Part shown: piece by piece, positions 38,996-53,173 of the stretch
Layout of the letters: each line of letters starts with the position of its first letter
Numbering within the stretch: position 1 is the first letter of the stretch
Origin: Eledone cirrhosa
Lineage: Eukaryota
Assembly (NCBI GenBank): GCA_964016885.1
Contig: OZ024745.1
Coordinates: 82,398,001 to 82,462,000, forward strand
Direction of reading: 5' to 3'
Length of the DNA stretch: 64,000 bases
The notes under the pieces: model-generated
Told to the model about the DNA's origin: nothing
Database searches by the model: none
Seen by the model: the letters and a program-made list of their open reading frames with translations, nothing else
Translations under genes and position numbers: made by a program

Positions 38996-39130
38996 CGAAA
39001 TCGTCGGATAGAATGCTTTATGGTATTCGTCCTGGCTCTCTGCTTTCTGAGTTCAAATCTCGCCGAGGTCAACTTTGCCTTTCATCCTTTCGTGGTCGAT
39101 AAAAAAGTACCAGTCTAGTACTGGGGTCAA
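38996..39130 (+). mobile_element. Older SINE copy, partial
   Basis: TGAGTTCAAATC..GCCGAGGTCAACTTTGCCTTTCATCCTTT..GGTCGATAAA. Confidence 0.75.
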
Positions 39131-39947
39131 TTCTTTCTCTATATCTCTTTCTCATTTCCTCTCTCTCACTTTCTATCTTACTCTGAAAGAAATTTGCTGT
39201 ACTCAGGCTTGGAGAGGGATGGGCTCCGCCAGGCTTAAAATGTCCAACAAACGCCGTATCTCAATACGATGCCCCCACGACTCTGTCAGGAGTTACGGGA
39301 CAAAGAAGAAAAAGGAGAGAGAGACGGTCTTTCCTTACAATGCTTACAATAGTCTTTAGCGTATTAATTCGGTAGATCGGTAACAAACATTTCTGCACTA
39401 CTATGGCCAGATGTGCTCATATCCTCCAGTAATCGATAAGATATTTATTTCTAATAAATAATGAAATAAGATATATACGTGATTTTCTGATACATCCCAA
39501 ATATGGAAACAATGATACATTCTTGAAGTAAGCATGTTTTGAAAACATTTTGTATACAAAGTGAAAATATTCGAATACATTCAGGTACTTATTAGTTAAT
39601 ATCTTAAACTTTCAATGACCCCCCCCCCAAAAAAAAAAAAACAAGAAATTGATTCAAATAAAGAAATAAAGAAACTATATATTGTGTGACAGCAAATTAA
39701 AATGTTCAAATAACATGTAAAAATAATTTGCAAACATATTTGTGGTATTCAATGTAAAAACGTGGAAAATTTCTATTATCTAAATTCAATTGCCACAAAA
39801 TAATCAACAACTATTAGAATTTAAATATTTATTGAAAATACTTTATTCATGGATCATGTGTTATGTAAATGATTATGCCTAGAACTGGAAAACCTTGGAT
39901 TGCAAGAAACACTAGTAAAACTTTAAGATTCTTTATGATAGATTAGA

Positions 39948-40112
39948 AGACGGCGAATTGGAAGAGTCGTTGGAACGTCGAATAGAATACTTTGCAGTGT
40001 ACTTTCCGGCTCTCTGCTCTTTGAATTCACATCCCGCGGAGCTCGACTATGAACTATGCCTTTCATCATTTTGGGGTCGATAAAAAAAGTACCAGTCTGG
40101 CACTGGGGTCGA
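39948..40112 (+). mobile_element. Older SINE copy, partial
   Basis: Degenerate head plus GCCTTTCATC...GGGGTCGATAAAAAAAGTACCAG. Confidence 0.7.
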
Positions 40113-40869
40113 TACTTCCTCTATATCTCTTTCTTTTTCTTACGGAGTGGCATCTGTAGGCTGCCATGTAGCTCACAGGAGCTAACGACCGATTCAATAA
40201 TTTACTTTCTTCGCAGTTACATAAAACATCTAGTGAGAGTCAAGTGTCGTTTATAATCGTCATAGCAATACATCTAATGGGTTATTTATCTGGTGAATTG
40301 GCAGAGGATATTCGAAAAACTTTTCTTTCCATACGACTAAAAATACTCCATATTAACAATTCTATGTTATAGATTAGAATCGGGTTACAATGATCTAATA
40401 GGTGGCATTTATGCGGTTTCCTTTCTATCATTTTAAGGAAACTAATACTATATTATTCAATCTATGCTTCGTTCTCTAATGAAGGCAGGCTGTTGTTAGT
40501 GAGAAAGTTGGCTGATATTTCTAGCAGATTGAGTGATCAAAGTGGAACTCCCCTCCATAATTAGCAGATTAACAGTTCTAGATAGATTTAAGTAGCTCGA
40601 AGCAGAAAGCTGGAAACTGAATGTTGTCACAAATTCTAAGCAAATAAATGTACAACTTAGATGCGCATTGTGGGTCGATAATCTTCAGTAGTCTACAGTG
40701 CAAGCGTCATCTACTACAGCTTCGGGGCGAATAAATGTTTATCAGGGAAATTCGATGAAAACAATAAAATCCTACCGGAGAGAATGTTTTATTATTGAGT
40801 GACAGACTTAATTCCCCACTCTGCTTAACACTATTACTTGGGCCTCATTTGTGAATAAAAAGGCTACTT

Positions 40870-41330
40870 TCTTGTTGCAAGCAATCACACAAGGTTTTCC
40901 ATGCCCCGCATGCACAAATCTCGTCAAATTATGGCCAGAAACAGCTAAGCCATACGGAGCACAGGAGTGAAGTCTTCTGGATAGTGCGAATAATTGCCAG
41001 TGCAGAGCAAAACTCCCAGGATCAACAAAACAACCAGAAATCATCAGGAAGAGTGGCTTGAGACCAGATATTGTACTCCATTCCAATTCTTCACAGCAGC
41101 TAATTCTGTTTGAAGCTACCGTGAAATTTGAAAATAGAATAGACGAAGGAGGTGAGTTCAAGATCGAAAAATACGCCAGTTAGCCTGAGGGAGGTCAAAT
41201 TTCTCGCTATAGAAGTTGCAGCCAGAGCCTTTGGCGACAAACCAGTCTCTGAAAAGAACAGGAGCAAAGTTCTAAAGGTACTAGAGGCAGCGGAGAGGAC
41301 TATCAGCTGGATCAGGTCATGAAGGAGTAA
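40870..41330 (+). pseudogene. RLE endonuclease 3' fragment resembling HERO/NeSL-type non-LTR elements
   Basis: LRPDIVLHSNSSQQLILFEATVKFENRIDEG.EFKIEKYA...AIEVAARAF. Confidence 0.65.
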
Positions 41331-42926
41331 AAACGACCTCTATACTGTTTGAGGATATAATATTTGTATTTTGACGTACACTAAGTGTGAGTCATAGTGG
41401 TAGTGTTGGTGGTAGCGATGACACTGTTGGTGTTTCACTAATACCATGACTGCCGACGTTACTTTTCTAAATTCAAGAAAGTGTTTGATTATAAGTTTGA
41501 AAGCAGAAACAAGGGAAGAAATTACAGTTAGATCTTGTCAACAAAATTTCCATAAGGTTAAAATAGACTAGTCACCTATATCCAAGTGGCTAAAACGGGT
41601 CAGCAAAAGGCCATCCAGAAATCATAGCTGAATGCGATCTTCCCCTCTTAGAGTGTAAGGATTTAAGTGCCGGAAGACTTATCGAGTGTGATTTCTTCTC
41701 TGAAGAGCTTCTGTTATCAAGCTCTACCGAGAATTTTTTTACCACTTCATATGTGAATTGATTTGTTCATATTTATCCTGCATTCACTCACGAAAAGAAA
41801 TGTAAATTATGTTGCAAATGTGCTTACTTAGAATTTCATGACGCTATTGAGAAAATCATATAACAACTGAGATAACATTTTCAAACTGCGATAAAACTGT
41901 TAGCCAGGTTATGAAATGCAAAATTAGCGAATAATAAAGAAATTAATAATTTTAAAAATGTCATATAGAAAACTAGTAATAAGCATCTTAAAATAAAACA
42001 CATTTACAAAACCAATTTCTTTTTCTATGGATAATAATGATTTTATAGTAAACTGGGTCACGGGTAGTAATATATGGTATATAGAGGGCTATGGTATATA
42101 GAAAGAAAGAGAGCTATAATATATAGAAAGATAGAGGGTTATAATATATATTGAGAGGGTTATTAATTATCACGGAAATGTTGCCTATTTATGAAAGTAC
42201 CCGGAAAAACACCAGTGCTCCGATTTACGCGAACCTTGTTTTATTCCATTTGTATTCCCATTTCAGGGGCAACTTCCTTTTAAAGTATTTTCCCATTATG
42301 CGCCGTTTTGGCTGTATTAAATTACAGACAAGCACAAATCACAGACAAGCACACAATCACAGAGTTTTAGTAGTATCTAGATGGAGGAGTTATAGATAGT
42401 GAACATGATATATGCAGCCCCCACCCTTACACCCCAGATTAGTTAAATTGAAGTTGAAGCTTCAACTATACGAACTGATGCATTTCAAGATGTGATATAA
42501 ACCAGAGCGGAGAGGTTGTTGCCTAACAGTTCAGTTTGTTGAAAGGTGGGTGAGGGTGGTGAGCATGGTCCGAATGAAAGAGTATACTTTTAGTATTCGT
42601 CTGTAGATTTGTAGATTGGAGGCGTACAACTGTCAGGGGACACTTGTCACAACAGTGAGTGTGGCAGCGGTGTTATTGGGATCATCCCCATTTGGGAATT
42701 TCCTTTCGTTTTAATTTTACATGATCGTCGTTTTCATATTTTTACACGAAAGAAGAAGAAGAAGAAGAAGAAGAAGAAGAAGAAACAATTGGTACAAATA
42801 TTAATATCTTTCGTTCTAAATGTATGTCAGCTAAAGAATATGCTATTATGAAATCAGTTCACCTATTGTTAATGCTAGCACATCAATTGCAGAATATAAC
42901 AAAAGCAATATCTAAACACACACACA

Positions 42927-43003
<77 letters not shown>

Positions 43004-43291
43004 GGAGATGTATTTTAATTATGTCTCATATAAAATAATACAACTGGCTATCCGCAAAATACATATAGTTAGCACCCCAAACGTAAAATTTGGATTATAC
43101 TAAGGTATATCCTAATGTTTGTTGAGTGAGACGGAAGCCGGTCGGAGTATTGCTTAAGGCTTTCTCTGTTAATGTATTAAATATATATATATATACACGC
43201 ACACACACACACCTCTCTCTCTATATATATAGAGAGAGGGAGGTGTGTGTGTGTGCGTGCGCGTGTGTGGGCGCGCGCGTGTGTGTGATGC

Positions 43292-43387
<96 letters not shown>

Positions 43388-43789
43388 ATTGACAGCGAAG
43401 AAGAGAAAATATGAATAATTGATTCCTCTCAAACAATTTCTTTCCTTTTGAAACAAAAGAAATAATTAAAAGTTTGAGAATATTCGTACCTTTTCTATGT
43501 GGCAAACATCCTCTTGCATTTACACAGATGAATACGCAAGAGTAGCGAGAGTATTATGCCTTGATTTATGAATATAAACGGAGCTAGGTTATCACGTATG
43601 GACATTTGTGTACTTTCACTCGTGTGAATGCATTCGCACTTATATATGCATAGAGACAGGAGGGAAGATATGCTGTGGTAATCACAGGCCCTGCAGACAT
43701 GGAAATAATGGGATGTAAAATTAGAACGCTGTTCATGATCAGAATGATGACGACGCCGGGGACAATTAAAATTATTATTATTATTATGA

Positions 43790-45540
43790 TACAACTAAAC
43801 CCACAACCGCAACAACAACAAACACAAACCCATCTAAAGAAAATAAACCGCACGAATTACGCAGCCATGAACACACACAACCCCCCACAAAGTAATGCAC
43901 CTCAATGACAGAAACGGAATACATTGCCAATAAAAAAATAAAAAAAAAACACTGCCTACATACAGATCATACACATACACATCACATAAAATCATACACT
44001 ACCTCAAATACAAAATTCCCCAACAAAATTGCGGATTTCCGCACCACATTATCAAAACACATATATTCCGACATTCTTGTGGAGGTGCACCCATCTCGCA
44101 TGAAATAAGGACCACCATTCCACTTCCCTCATGAATGAGGTAAGTAATCCCTTATCACCTTTTCTCCTCTTTATTTAAAATGGCTGTTCTCAGGATCGTC
44201 TGTATAAATGCACGCGGACTGGCGTCGTTTTGGAAGCAAGGCCATCTGCTCAGGTCACTGAACATAGATGTGGTGGCCATCAATGAGACATGAATATTGG
44301 AGGCAAGTGTCATTTCACCCATGGGGTGTAAGCATTTCCAAACCGTCCGGGATCTGGAGGCGGAGTCGGTGTGTTGTTTCGAGAAGGCTTGGATCTCAAG
44401 ATACGGACCATCTTTCTGGACCCAGAGGGTAAGTTGGTAGTGCTAGACATGACCAGCAGCGAAGAACATGTTTTTATGCTAGTGTCTGTATATGACTCTA
44501 CAGGGGTGAAAGGCCTGATTTCTTCAGGCGGCTGGAGAACGTCCTTGGAACGTCCCGCTCCTTAGTACTAGTGGGTGACTGGAATACTGTCAGACGCACA
44601 CTGGGACTGTGTGGGACTAGCCTATAGGGGAGGAAGGTGCAAAAGCCTCGCAACCATGTTCATCACTTCCACCTGTGCAACAGCTACCGACTGGCTTTCC
44701 CAGATGTGCCAATGTGGACATGGTCAAACCGCATCGGGTCATCCAGATCGTATCTAGATAAGGCATTCTGTTGAGAAATAGATAAGTGTAGTATAGGTTG
44801 TCCATAATTCAGAGTAGTCGACTACACAGGCTATAACTTTGTGACCGGTACAATCGACTTAGAGAGGTTACATAGACAGAGATCCGGCTACTGGAAGCTG
44901 AACACGTCGTTTCCTGTGCGCAAAGATTACAGAGAACGAATTAGTGAATTAGTTAAACGAGCTTTGACGTGGGCAATCGTTAACAACAGATGGCTCTGAA
45001 AAGGGCAATTAGAGAAGAATCAATAACATTTAATAAAGGAATAGATATAAAGAAAACTAGACTAGAGGGAGAACTAGTTAGGAAGCTAGAAGTGGCCATT
45101 AGAGAAAGCATCGCAGTCGATGTGTTTGCAATGAGATTGGCGCTCGACGAATTTTTCAATGCGAAACATGAAGGCTGCGTTATCAGAGCCAAGGCGCATG
45201 CTCTTAGACACGAGGAGACGAAAGCAGTTGGATGAGATCGAGTATGGCAGAGGCGCAGTGTAGCAACAAAGCCACAATTTGGTCTTTGGAGGATGACGAC
45301 TGTTGCACTGTACCTGATCCCAAACGGTTTTTTCATCGATACTCGTTCAGACTCGATGTTGGGTCAGATCGCGGGATGGATTTCAGTTCCTACCTCGATG
45401 CCTCGCCATGGCTCTCAGCATAGGAGGCGGGGTGTGGCAAAAAGCTGATAACGGCCGACGAAATATGGGATGAGATGGCTAACTGCACAAGAGGCAAATT
45501 GCCTGAATTGGATGGTCTGCCCTATGAATTTTACGTAAGA
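43790..45540 (+). mobile_element. Old degenerate Tx1-like copy D (ORF1 3' end, endonuclease, linker)
   Basis: KFPNKIADFR..IYSDIL; ORF2 start at 44180; IFLDPEGKLVVLD, GYWKLN, FFNAKHEGCV, DGLPYEFY. Confidence 0.9.
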
Positions 45541-46698
45541 AATCTTCACCATGAATTTTTCACCATGAATTTTTTACCTATGAATTTTTGTAAGAAATGT
45601 TCAACATAAAGGTGAACTATTTTTGCCAGGACAAGAAAATATGCTAGTTATAGTTTTATATTCATCTATCGACATTTGTGGTGTTTCACTCTAACAAAAG
45701 AAAGAACAGTTTTGTTGTTGACATCAATACAGCACACAAAACTTCTCAACAGAAATTGGAATATGCAAAGTTGGATGAGCTGAAGAACCACTTGTTTTGG
45801 AAGGTTGTATCTCTACCTATAGATTTAACAGGAAGAACATGTTGATTCGAATATGTTTACACCTACTCAGGAAGTGTTCAGTACTTTTTTTGTGACTGAA
45901 TTTGTGAGGTCACTGCAAATTTCAATTCAAACTGGTTTTTGACATTTCTGCATCAATCCGTTGCAACACAGCAGAAACAAAACATATTGAAATCTTCTAC
46001 AGTCTGGGGTTTATCTTAGTGTTTTCAAGATCATCACCATAGATGCTTTTACAATTCAATTAGTAAACGGAGCCTATGATTTGATCATGTATATTCTTCG
46101 TTACAATGACTTACAACAACTCCTTCGCAGGATAGAAATCAAATCCCACTGGTTCTGTAGATTTTGGGGTAGATCAAACATTGAATAAAATATCCTTTCA
46201 ATTTGACAGAAGGTGAGATACATTCCATTGAACTTTCTATTTGTATGTATCATCTCGGTTTTAAACCTACCTAGGGCGTTCGTGAGCATAAAATGCTGTT
46301 TTTCGTGATAAGACTGAGGCTCTTAGCATTAAAACACCCGAAACACCTGCTATTAGATACAACTTCGTAGAAAATAAGCTAAACCTGTTGGGTTGTGAGC
46401 TGTAAATTTCATTTTTTCCATTTCATTATCCAAATGTGGTACCACGAAATAATGTTCAGAGCATTTTCTGCATTTTGTCTTTTCAAACAATTTAATTTTC
46501 ATGAACTATTTTTAATTAAAAGATACCTCCCTTATTTCTACTTTGTCACTCTATATATCTAAATAACCTCTCCTTATATATTTATTATCTTTTTTACTTC
46601 TTTTGAAACTCTTTCACATTTGAAAATAAAATAACCTTTACAAAATTGTTTCAATATCGACTGAGGATCTGAGGCCAGTTTCATATATATATATATAT

Positions 46699-46874
46699 GG
46701 GATAACAAGTTATCGTTTTAGGTAATCCAGTTAGAGGTTCTATGAAAAGCTTTAACGTACGGCAACTACGAGTGATTAGCGGTCTTTAGACTCACCTGAT
46801 CAATGAAACAATTGTTAATACTGCAAATAAAACACTTTTGTACAGCCGACCCCTGTTATTCGTCACTCTTTCAC

Positions 46875-46875
<1 letters not shown>
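46699..46875. mobile_element. Short rearranged remnant of the PLE terminus seen at 53241/56829, between (TA)n runs
   Basis: GGATAACAA..TATCGTT..AGGTAATCCAGTTAGAGGTT is shared; GAAACAATTGTTA..ACTGCAAATAAA is an inverted piece of the same repeat. Confidence 0.6.
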
Positions 46876-46920
<45 letters not shown>

Positions 46921-46924
<4 letters not shown>

Positions 46925-47807
46925 GATTTAGGAGTCACAGAAACCTCCCACTGGATTTTACCAACACTTTCCAGGAGGTCCAGGTAAATTCTTTTGTTAA
47001 AGCTTGCTTCGTTTGTTTTGGCTCCGGTGGCTGATGGCTTCACGACCACTGTTTTCATTTTATTTGGCCTTCATAACCTATGTTAATTTCTCTGGTCTTC
47101 CTTTAGTCCATTGAGCGCTTGCCGCATATCTCGAGGGTTGCGTTTCGCTTTGTTTTTGGCCCCCGACGAAATACGATCTCGCTGAAATTATATTTGTACT
47201 AATCTCCTGGGCCTAACAATTAATTAGTTAATTCAATTAGACAATTCTATTGATTGATGATTAATTGCTTAATTTATTTAAAAACAACCCGGTTGAGAGC
47301 TTACTTCGATTTGTGCATTTTGTTGCAACTTTTGAAATACAACCACCATTTTGAATGCAACCACCAAAACCCGGGGTTACCCTCCTTGCAGAGTAAACAC
47401 GTCGGGTAATTACGTCACAATTACTGCACTGGAACCCCGTAGCCGGCTGAGAACAAAATACCTGTTGACGAAATGGCTACCTTGTTCGATCGTTATACCA
47501 AAAGCTTACAACGAAAGCAGGCAGTATAATTGATTTAGAAGTCACAGAAACCTCCGACTAGATTTTACCAACACTTTCCAGGAGGTCCAGGTAAATTCTT
47601 TTGTTAACCTGTTTAGCTTGCTTCGTTTGTTTTGGCTCCGGTGGCTGATAGATTCACGACCACTGTTTTCATTTTATCTGGCCTTTTATCTGACGTATGT
47701 TAATTGCTCTGGTCTTCTTTTAGTCTATTGAGCACTTGCCGCATATCTCGAGGATTGCGTTTCGCTTTGTTTTTGGCCCCCGCCGAAATACGATCTCGCT
47801 GAAATTA
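46921..47807. repeat. ~270-280 bp direct repeats (46921-47190, 47528-47807) around a ~340 bp spacer; unclassified element
   Basis: Copies clearly alignable end to end; (TA)n on both flanks. Confidence 0.85.
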
Positions 47808-47816
47808 AATAAATAA

Positions 47817-47853
<37 letters not shown>

Positions 47854-48037
47854 GTTCTGTTTACGTGCCAACACACGAGCAAGAATGACGGTGTCATTCT
47901 ACTAACATGGCTTTAAAGAGGCTGTTTGCATAATTGCAAATGAATCGAATATTATTATTAGTATTCAAAAAACTCAGATTACATTTATTGTATTCAGCCT
48001 TGTAGAGCGATAAACTATTTGTTATATATATATATAT

Positions 48038-48095
<58 letters not shown>

Positions 48096-48483
48096 GTACG
48101 TCTGCGTGTGTGTAAGAGAGAGAGAGGGCAAGAGAGAGAGAGAGGGCGAGGAAGAGAGAGAGAGAGAAAGAGAAAGAGAGAGAGAGAAAGATGTACGTGT
48201 TTCTTTGTGCATACTGGCTGCATGTTTGTACTTTTATATGAGTGTACGTGTCAAGGTAGAAATGTATTTACTTATAAGGAAATATGGTACAAATAGAAAC
48301 TTAATAATAAGGCTATTAATAGACTGCTGATATTGTATACTCACATGAATAATAGAACACATTTTACGGCAAAATTTAGTCATTATTCGATATCTTTAGG
48401 AGATCTGAACTTTTAAATCATCTCAATACATTTTTTATTTTAAGTGTTATTTTCTTAGCATGCTGATATAAGTCGATAATACA

Positions 48484-48549
<66 letters not shown>

Positions 48550-48550
<1 letters not shown>

Positions 48551-49790
48551 GGATTCTCTCGTCGCGAACAAGAAATGGGGGTTCATCTAGGATTATTTCG
48601 TGGGAGAAGAAAAGCATGAATATAGGAGAAGCAGCACTGACACCAGCTCTTAGTTTCTGATGCTTTCTTCTCCCACGAAGAAATGGCCAACAGGTGCATC
48701 CTTAAACTCCCGTGGAACTGATCCTGATTCCCAGATTAAAGAAAATAGATCACAAAGTTTACAAATAAAGAGATTGGTACCATATTTATATATCTTTCCT
48801 GGTATTCCATCATTTCTGGATGACCTGTCATTGGTAAGTTGTTTTATGGCTTTTTTTTTTATCCCAGCACAAGTTGGAGTGGCTGATAGTCCGGCAAAGA
48901 CAGGCCTCTGTGGTAGGTTGTAGATAAGGTTCATATGAACATTTGGTTCTATATTGAGAACATTAGAGAAATGTTCTGCCCAACGCTTATGATTTCTTTT
49001 TTGTCTGTCAAAAGCTTACCTTTGGATAAAATGATGGGAGTTGAGCCATTTGACACGAGTACAAAAACTTCTTTTAAGTTCTGATTTAAAGTCACATCTA
49101 TCGGCAGCATTCTGCAATTCTTGTGCCTTCATTCATCACCATGTCTGTTTTATTTGCCGTAGCTGAGATTGACATTTATCTCTGGATTTGAATTCATTGC
49201 ACTCTGTGGCATTATTCCTGTCGACATCCACCGGTGGTGGCACTTATGCATGTTATCCAAAGGAGGAGAAATATTTGGATAATTTGAATCAAACCAGTCT
49301 TGATGTTTTCTCTTTACATAACCAAAACTTTCCTGGGATGATTCATAGACATCACTTTTGAAAGCAAACCATGCTAATTCAATGTCTGTGCTGTCAGTGA
49401 TAATAGCAAGCCTTCTATTACAGAGAGTTTGAAATTCTTTTTTATTGTCAGTATTGTTGAGTTTTTTCGAGTCTACTGCTCGAGCAATTTGAGTGGTATT
49501 TTTCCGAGCCGGACTACGGAGAGTGACGTTGAACTTGGACCGTAGATCAACACTCACCAATTGAATAAGAACAACATTTCATTTTTATTTCATTTCTGGG
49601 GAAAATTTTCAAATGGCCATTTGAATTGGCCTTGCCACCCCATGCTTCTGAACCACGTTTCCAATGCCGATGTATCGCAGCCCATATGCAGCCCACACGT
49701 TTATCATGGATGGAAATACTTCTCAACTGACTGCGTAACTCAATGCAACAAAGAATTTTGTCTGACGTTCTAATTTTGCCAATTCACCTC
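48550..49790 (-). pseudogene. RTE-clade LINE fragment (end of endonuclease to start of RT)
   Basis: WGGKANSNGHL, FGYVKRKHQDWFD, RWAEHFS, AIKQL...GIPGKIYKYG..LFSLIWESGSVPREFKDA. Confidence 0.85.
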
Positions 49791-49799
49791 CCATAAATA

Positions 49800-49997
49800 T
49801 AATAATTGCGTCTACTTTTGATACAAGGCCAACGACTAGAAGGGAAGGAGAAAGTCGATTAAATCGACCATAAGTGCGTTACTGGTGTTTCAATTTATGA
49901 ACGACGTAAGGATGAAAGTCAAAGCCAATCTCGACCGGACTTGATCACAGAACGTAACTATATGCCACAAAGCATGTTGTCCAATGCTCTACCGAAT
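49800..49997 (-). mobile_element. Degenerate tRNA-derived SINE
   Basis: TCTACTTT..ACAAGGCC, GTAAGGATGAAAG.CAAAG, CTCTACCGA. Confidence 0.7.
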
Positions 49998-51673
49998 AGG
50001 AACTTCTTTATATCACACGATAAAGTTACAAGTCAATTGTATGATGTCTCCAGATGAGCAGAATGAAAATGAATGGACCTGCATCCCACGATGACAAGAC
50101 GACAATGACGGTAAATGAAAGTATCATACTTAATTATAAAGATAAAACGAGGCATCGCATCCGGCTCTAACAATTCCGCCAACACACGACATTGGACTGG
50201 TACTTTATTTATCGATTAAAAAAGATTGTAAGACAAGGCTGACCTCAGTAGCATTTTAACTGAGAGTGCGCAGCCGGAACAAATACCATGAAGCATTTAA
50301 ACATTCTAACGACTTTAGCAACTCATTTAAACAAAACATAATATAAAATAATTACTTTAAATATTGAAAAATAAATTACAAAATCTGGATCAGCAAAAAC
50401 ACTTGTTAAGGGAAAATGGGGAAGGAAAGAATATTTTTATAAATCGTTGTAGTAAATGACGTAGTTTCCAGGAGTCACAATCCGCACTCATATTTAGCAT
50501 TTTATTAAATAGAGACAAGTACCATAAATGTAAAGATTATTTGCGAGAAAGCTGAGTTCGCTATTCATTATGCCAGAGTGAAGGTATTTGTACATAATTT
50601 ACGGTTCAGCTTTTTAGTTAGTCTTTCCTTTAAAATAGAGGGACTTAGTCTGGTTGATGAGAAACTAAATCGATAAAGTCTCAACTCAAGATAATATTCA
50701 GCAATTACTCCGTTAAGGGTCTTGTGAAAGAAGCATACCCATTCCTTATGTATAGACATAAACTAAAGCAAAACGAAAGTATTATTTCTGCATCAGTGAA
50801 ATAGATTTTATATTATTTCTACATTCTCTTTGTTTTTATTTCTATGCATTGTGATTTAATTTTGCATTTATGTAAGACGCGGTAAAATGAAATATAATAT
50901 TGTAGAGTGAGTGACAATTCAATTTTTTATGGCTACCTAATAAAATAAGATACAAAGTTAGCATTATGAACAATTTTGTGGAAATGTAATTGTCTACACA
51001 ATATGGTTGAAACGAGATATTAATTATTCAATGGTCATACCATTGGAATATTTTGACGTTATTAAGTTTGCTGTATTGTATTATCGAATATATATATAGA
51101 TTCCAGGCCAAGACTAACTGTAGTGTATATATAGTGTATATTCGTGGGCAGAAAAAAGGCAGGGAACAGCTGAATTAGTTTCAATTCTCTGTTGGGTTTT
51201 CACAATTGACTGAATGTCCTCATTCACCATCCAAAGAGACAGATCTTATAACATATTATTACTAAGGACTCAAGTAAGTCGGTTAGACTAATTTACATAC
51301 AAAATATACTCAAAGCAGTAAGTTCTATTTATAAGTTTTTGATGCGTTAACAATATATTGTTTCATTGCTACACTGTTCTACAGCATATTTCCCGTGTTA
51401 AGATTTCATTGAAGTTATTTTTGCTGTTATCATTTTATATATATAAGGACAAAGAGTTTATATCTGTCTTTGCATAGAGTCTTGACTAAAAGGATCTTTA
51501 GGTATAGTTCACAGAATGCTATAGAATTGAAACAAAACATTGCTAAGGCACCAGTTATCATTTGTAACCAAGTAAAATTTAAAGTTGTGACAAACAATTT
51601 GTAGTTTTATTAAATTGTAGGTGGTATACATTGTAATAACTGAAATACCGAGAAAAAATAGAATAACACTTAC

Positions 51674-52680
51674 CTTTCGAACGTAAATTATCTCGAAAAG
51701 GAAGTAAATCTAAGTTGTGTGAATCTGGAAAGGATGTATTTTTAATGGAATGTGTCATATCTGTGTTGTCGCGGATTACTTTTCTACCACCGAAATTTGC
51801 TGAATTATCTCTACAATTATCATTTCTCTCAGTATAGTCCGATAACATGTTTTCCTCAACGTGGCGAACTTCTATGCAACGGTACGGATACAATTCACTA
51901 AAAGCACGTCTTATTTTACTCCATTTTGGGGACTTGTCTTCGCAGTACAGCGAATACTTTAAATTATGACATGTGTGTATATTGCTGCATTTTCCATCAT
52001 TATCTTCAGTTGGAGATATTTCATACTGGCTTAATTGTGAAGATTCCTCTTCATGTGACTGATTGTCAGAGACTGAGAAATTTTCACATGCAGAATAGAT
52101 ATTACGATGTCTTTTTGTAGGATATATTTTTTGTTTTTTCGAAGTTTCTTGAGGTATATCAATATGGTAAGACTTATTTCTGTGTAAGCTAGTCGTGTGT
52201 GACTTCAGATACTCTAATGCTGACTGCTTCCATACTCTAAATGAAGATTTACTCAGTAATTCACGAGATTTGTTTTGATCATCTTTACTAATTTTTGAAA
52301 GATCATCAGAGAAATTTGATTCATCACTATGGAGTTCTATATCATATCCAGTGGAATTCAGAGACGCAGCTAGATACCACGGGTCTGCATCTTTAGTATT
52401 ATAGTTTTCTAATGTTATTTCAGGTACGTTCAAACTTTCATCTGTTGAGGGTTTCCGGAAACCTTTTCTCGCATCGATATTTAGGTCTTTCGCACGTTTT
52501 TTCAAGGAGGTAAACTTCCTTTGATTCATGGGAGTGGCTCCAGTGGGAACAGGGTTGGTACATTCAATAATATCTGAAGTGTTGAGATTATATTTCTGGT
52601 GTTTCTTTTCTTGAGTAGAATTATAATTTACACATCTCTGATACTTAGAGTCAAATTCCTTTGAAGATGGTTCTGAAAAG
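51674..52680 (-). CDS. Large internal coding exon (~1007 bp) of an unrecognised host gene; S/K/D/E/N-rich, probably disordered
   Basis: Frame is open for ~335 codons from an acceptor (TTTTTGTAG|C at 52680) to a consensus donor (AAG|GTAAGT at 51674), extending ORF 51579-52529 upstream. No TE motifs. Confidence 0.7.
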
Positions 52681-52794
52681 CTACAAAAACCAATATAGTT
52701 AAAATAGGAAAATATATATTGACTTAAACAAAAATAAAAAAAAAGAATATATATAAATATATATCGACAGTCGATAGAATTTCGTCAAATTGGA

Positions 52795-52858
<64 letters not shown>

Positions 52859-52906
52859 AAATAGGGAGACACAAAGCAGGCTGTGTTTAGAAACGACTAG
52901 CGAATT

Positions 52907-53173
52907 TGAAAATTAGGTAGTAACATGTGCTTACGACGTAGTTGACTAAATAGAATTAGTCTTTTAGTAAGGATTTAAAAAAACCCTCTGAAAGGAAAAG
53001 AGGATGAGTATTGGCGTGTAATGGTAACACACTGGTCCGGCAAACCAGAAATGTGGGTTTGAGTCCCATGTACGTCAATACTCATCCTCTTTTGCATTCA
53101 GAAGGGTTTTTTAAAATACCAACAGATTAATTCTATTTAGTCAACTACGGCATAAGCACATTTTACTACCTAA

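Noticed and set aside
45600-46520. Possible decayed DNA-transposon (hAT-like) coding relic on the minus strand
   Set aside because: Only vague peptide hints (YGDDL); no convincing motif or TIRs.
50568-50790. Next exon of the host gene
   Set aside because: The nearest AG acceptors do not join the phase-1 donor at 51674 to the 63-aa ORF frame; unresolved without RNA data.
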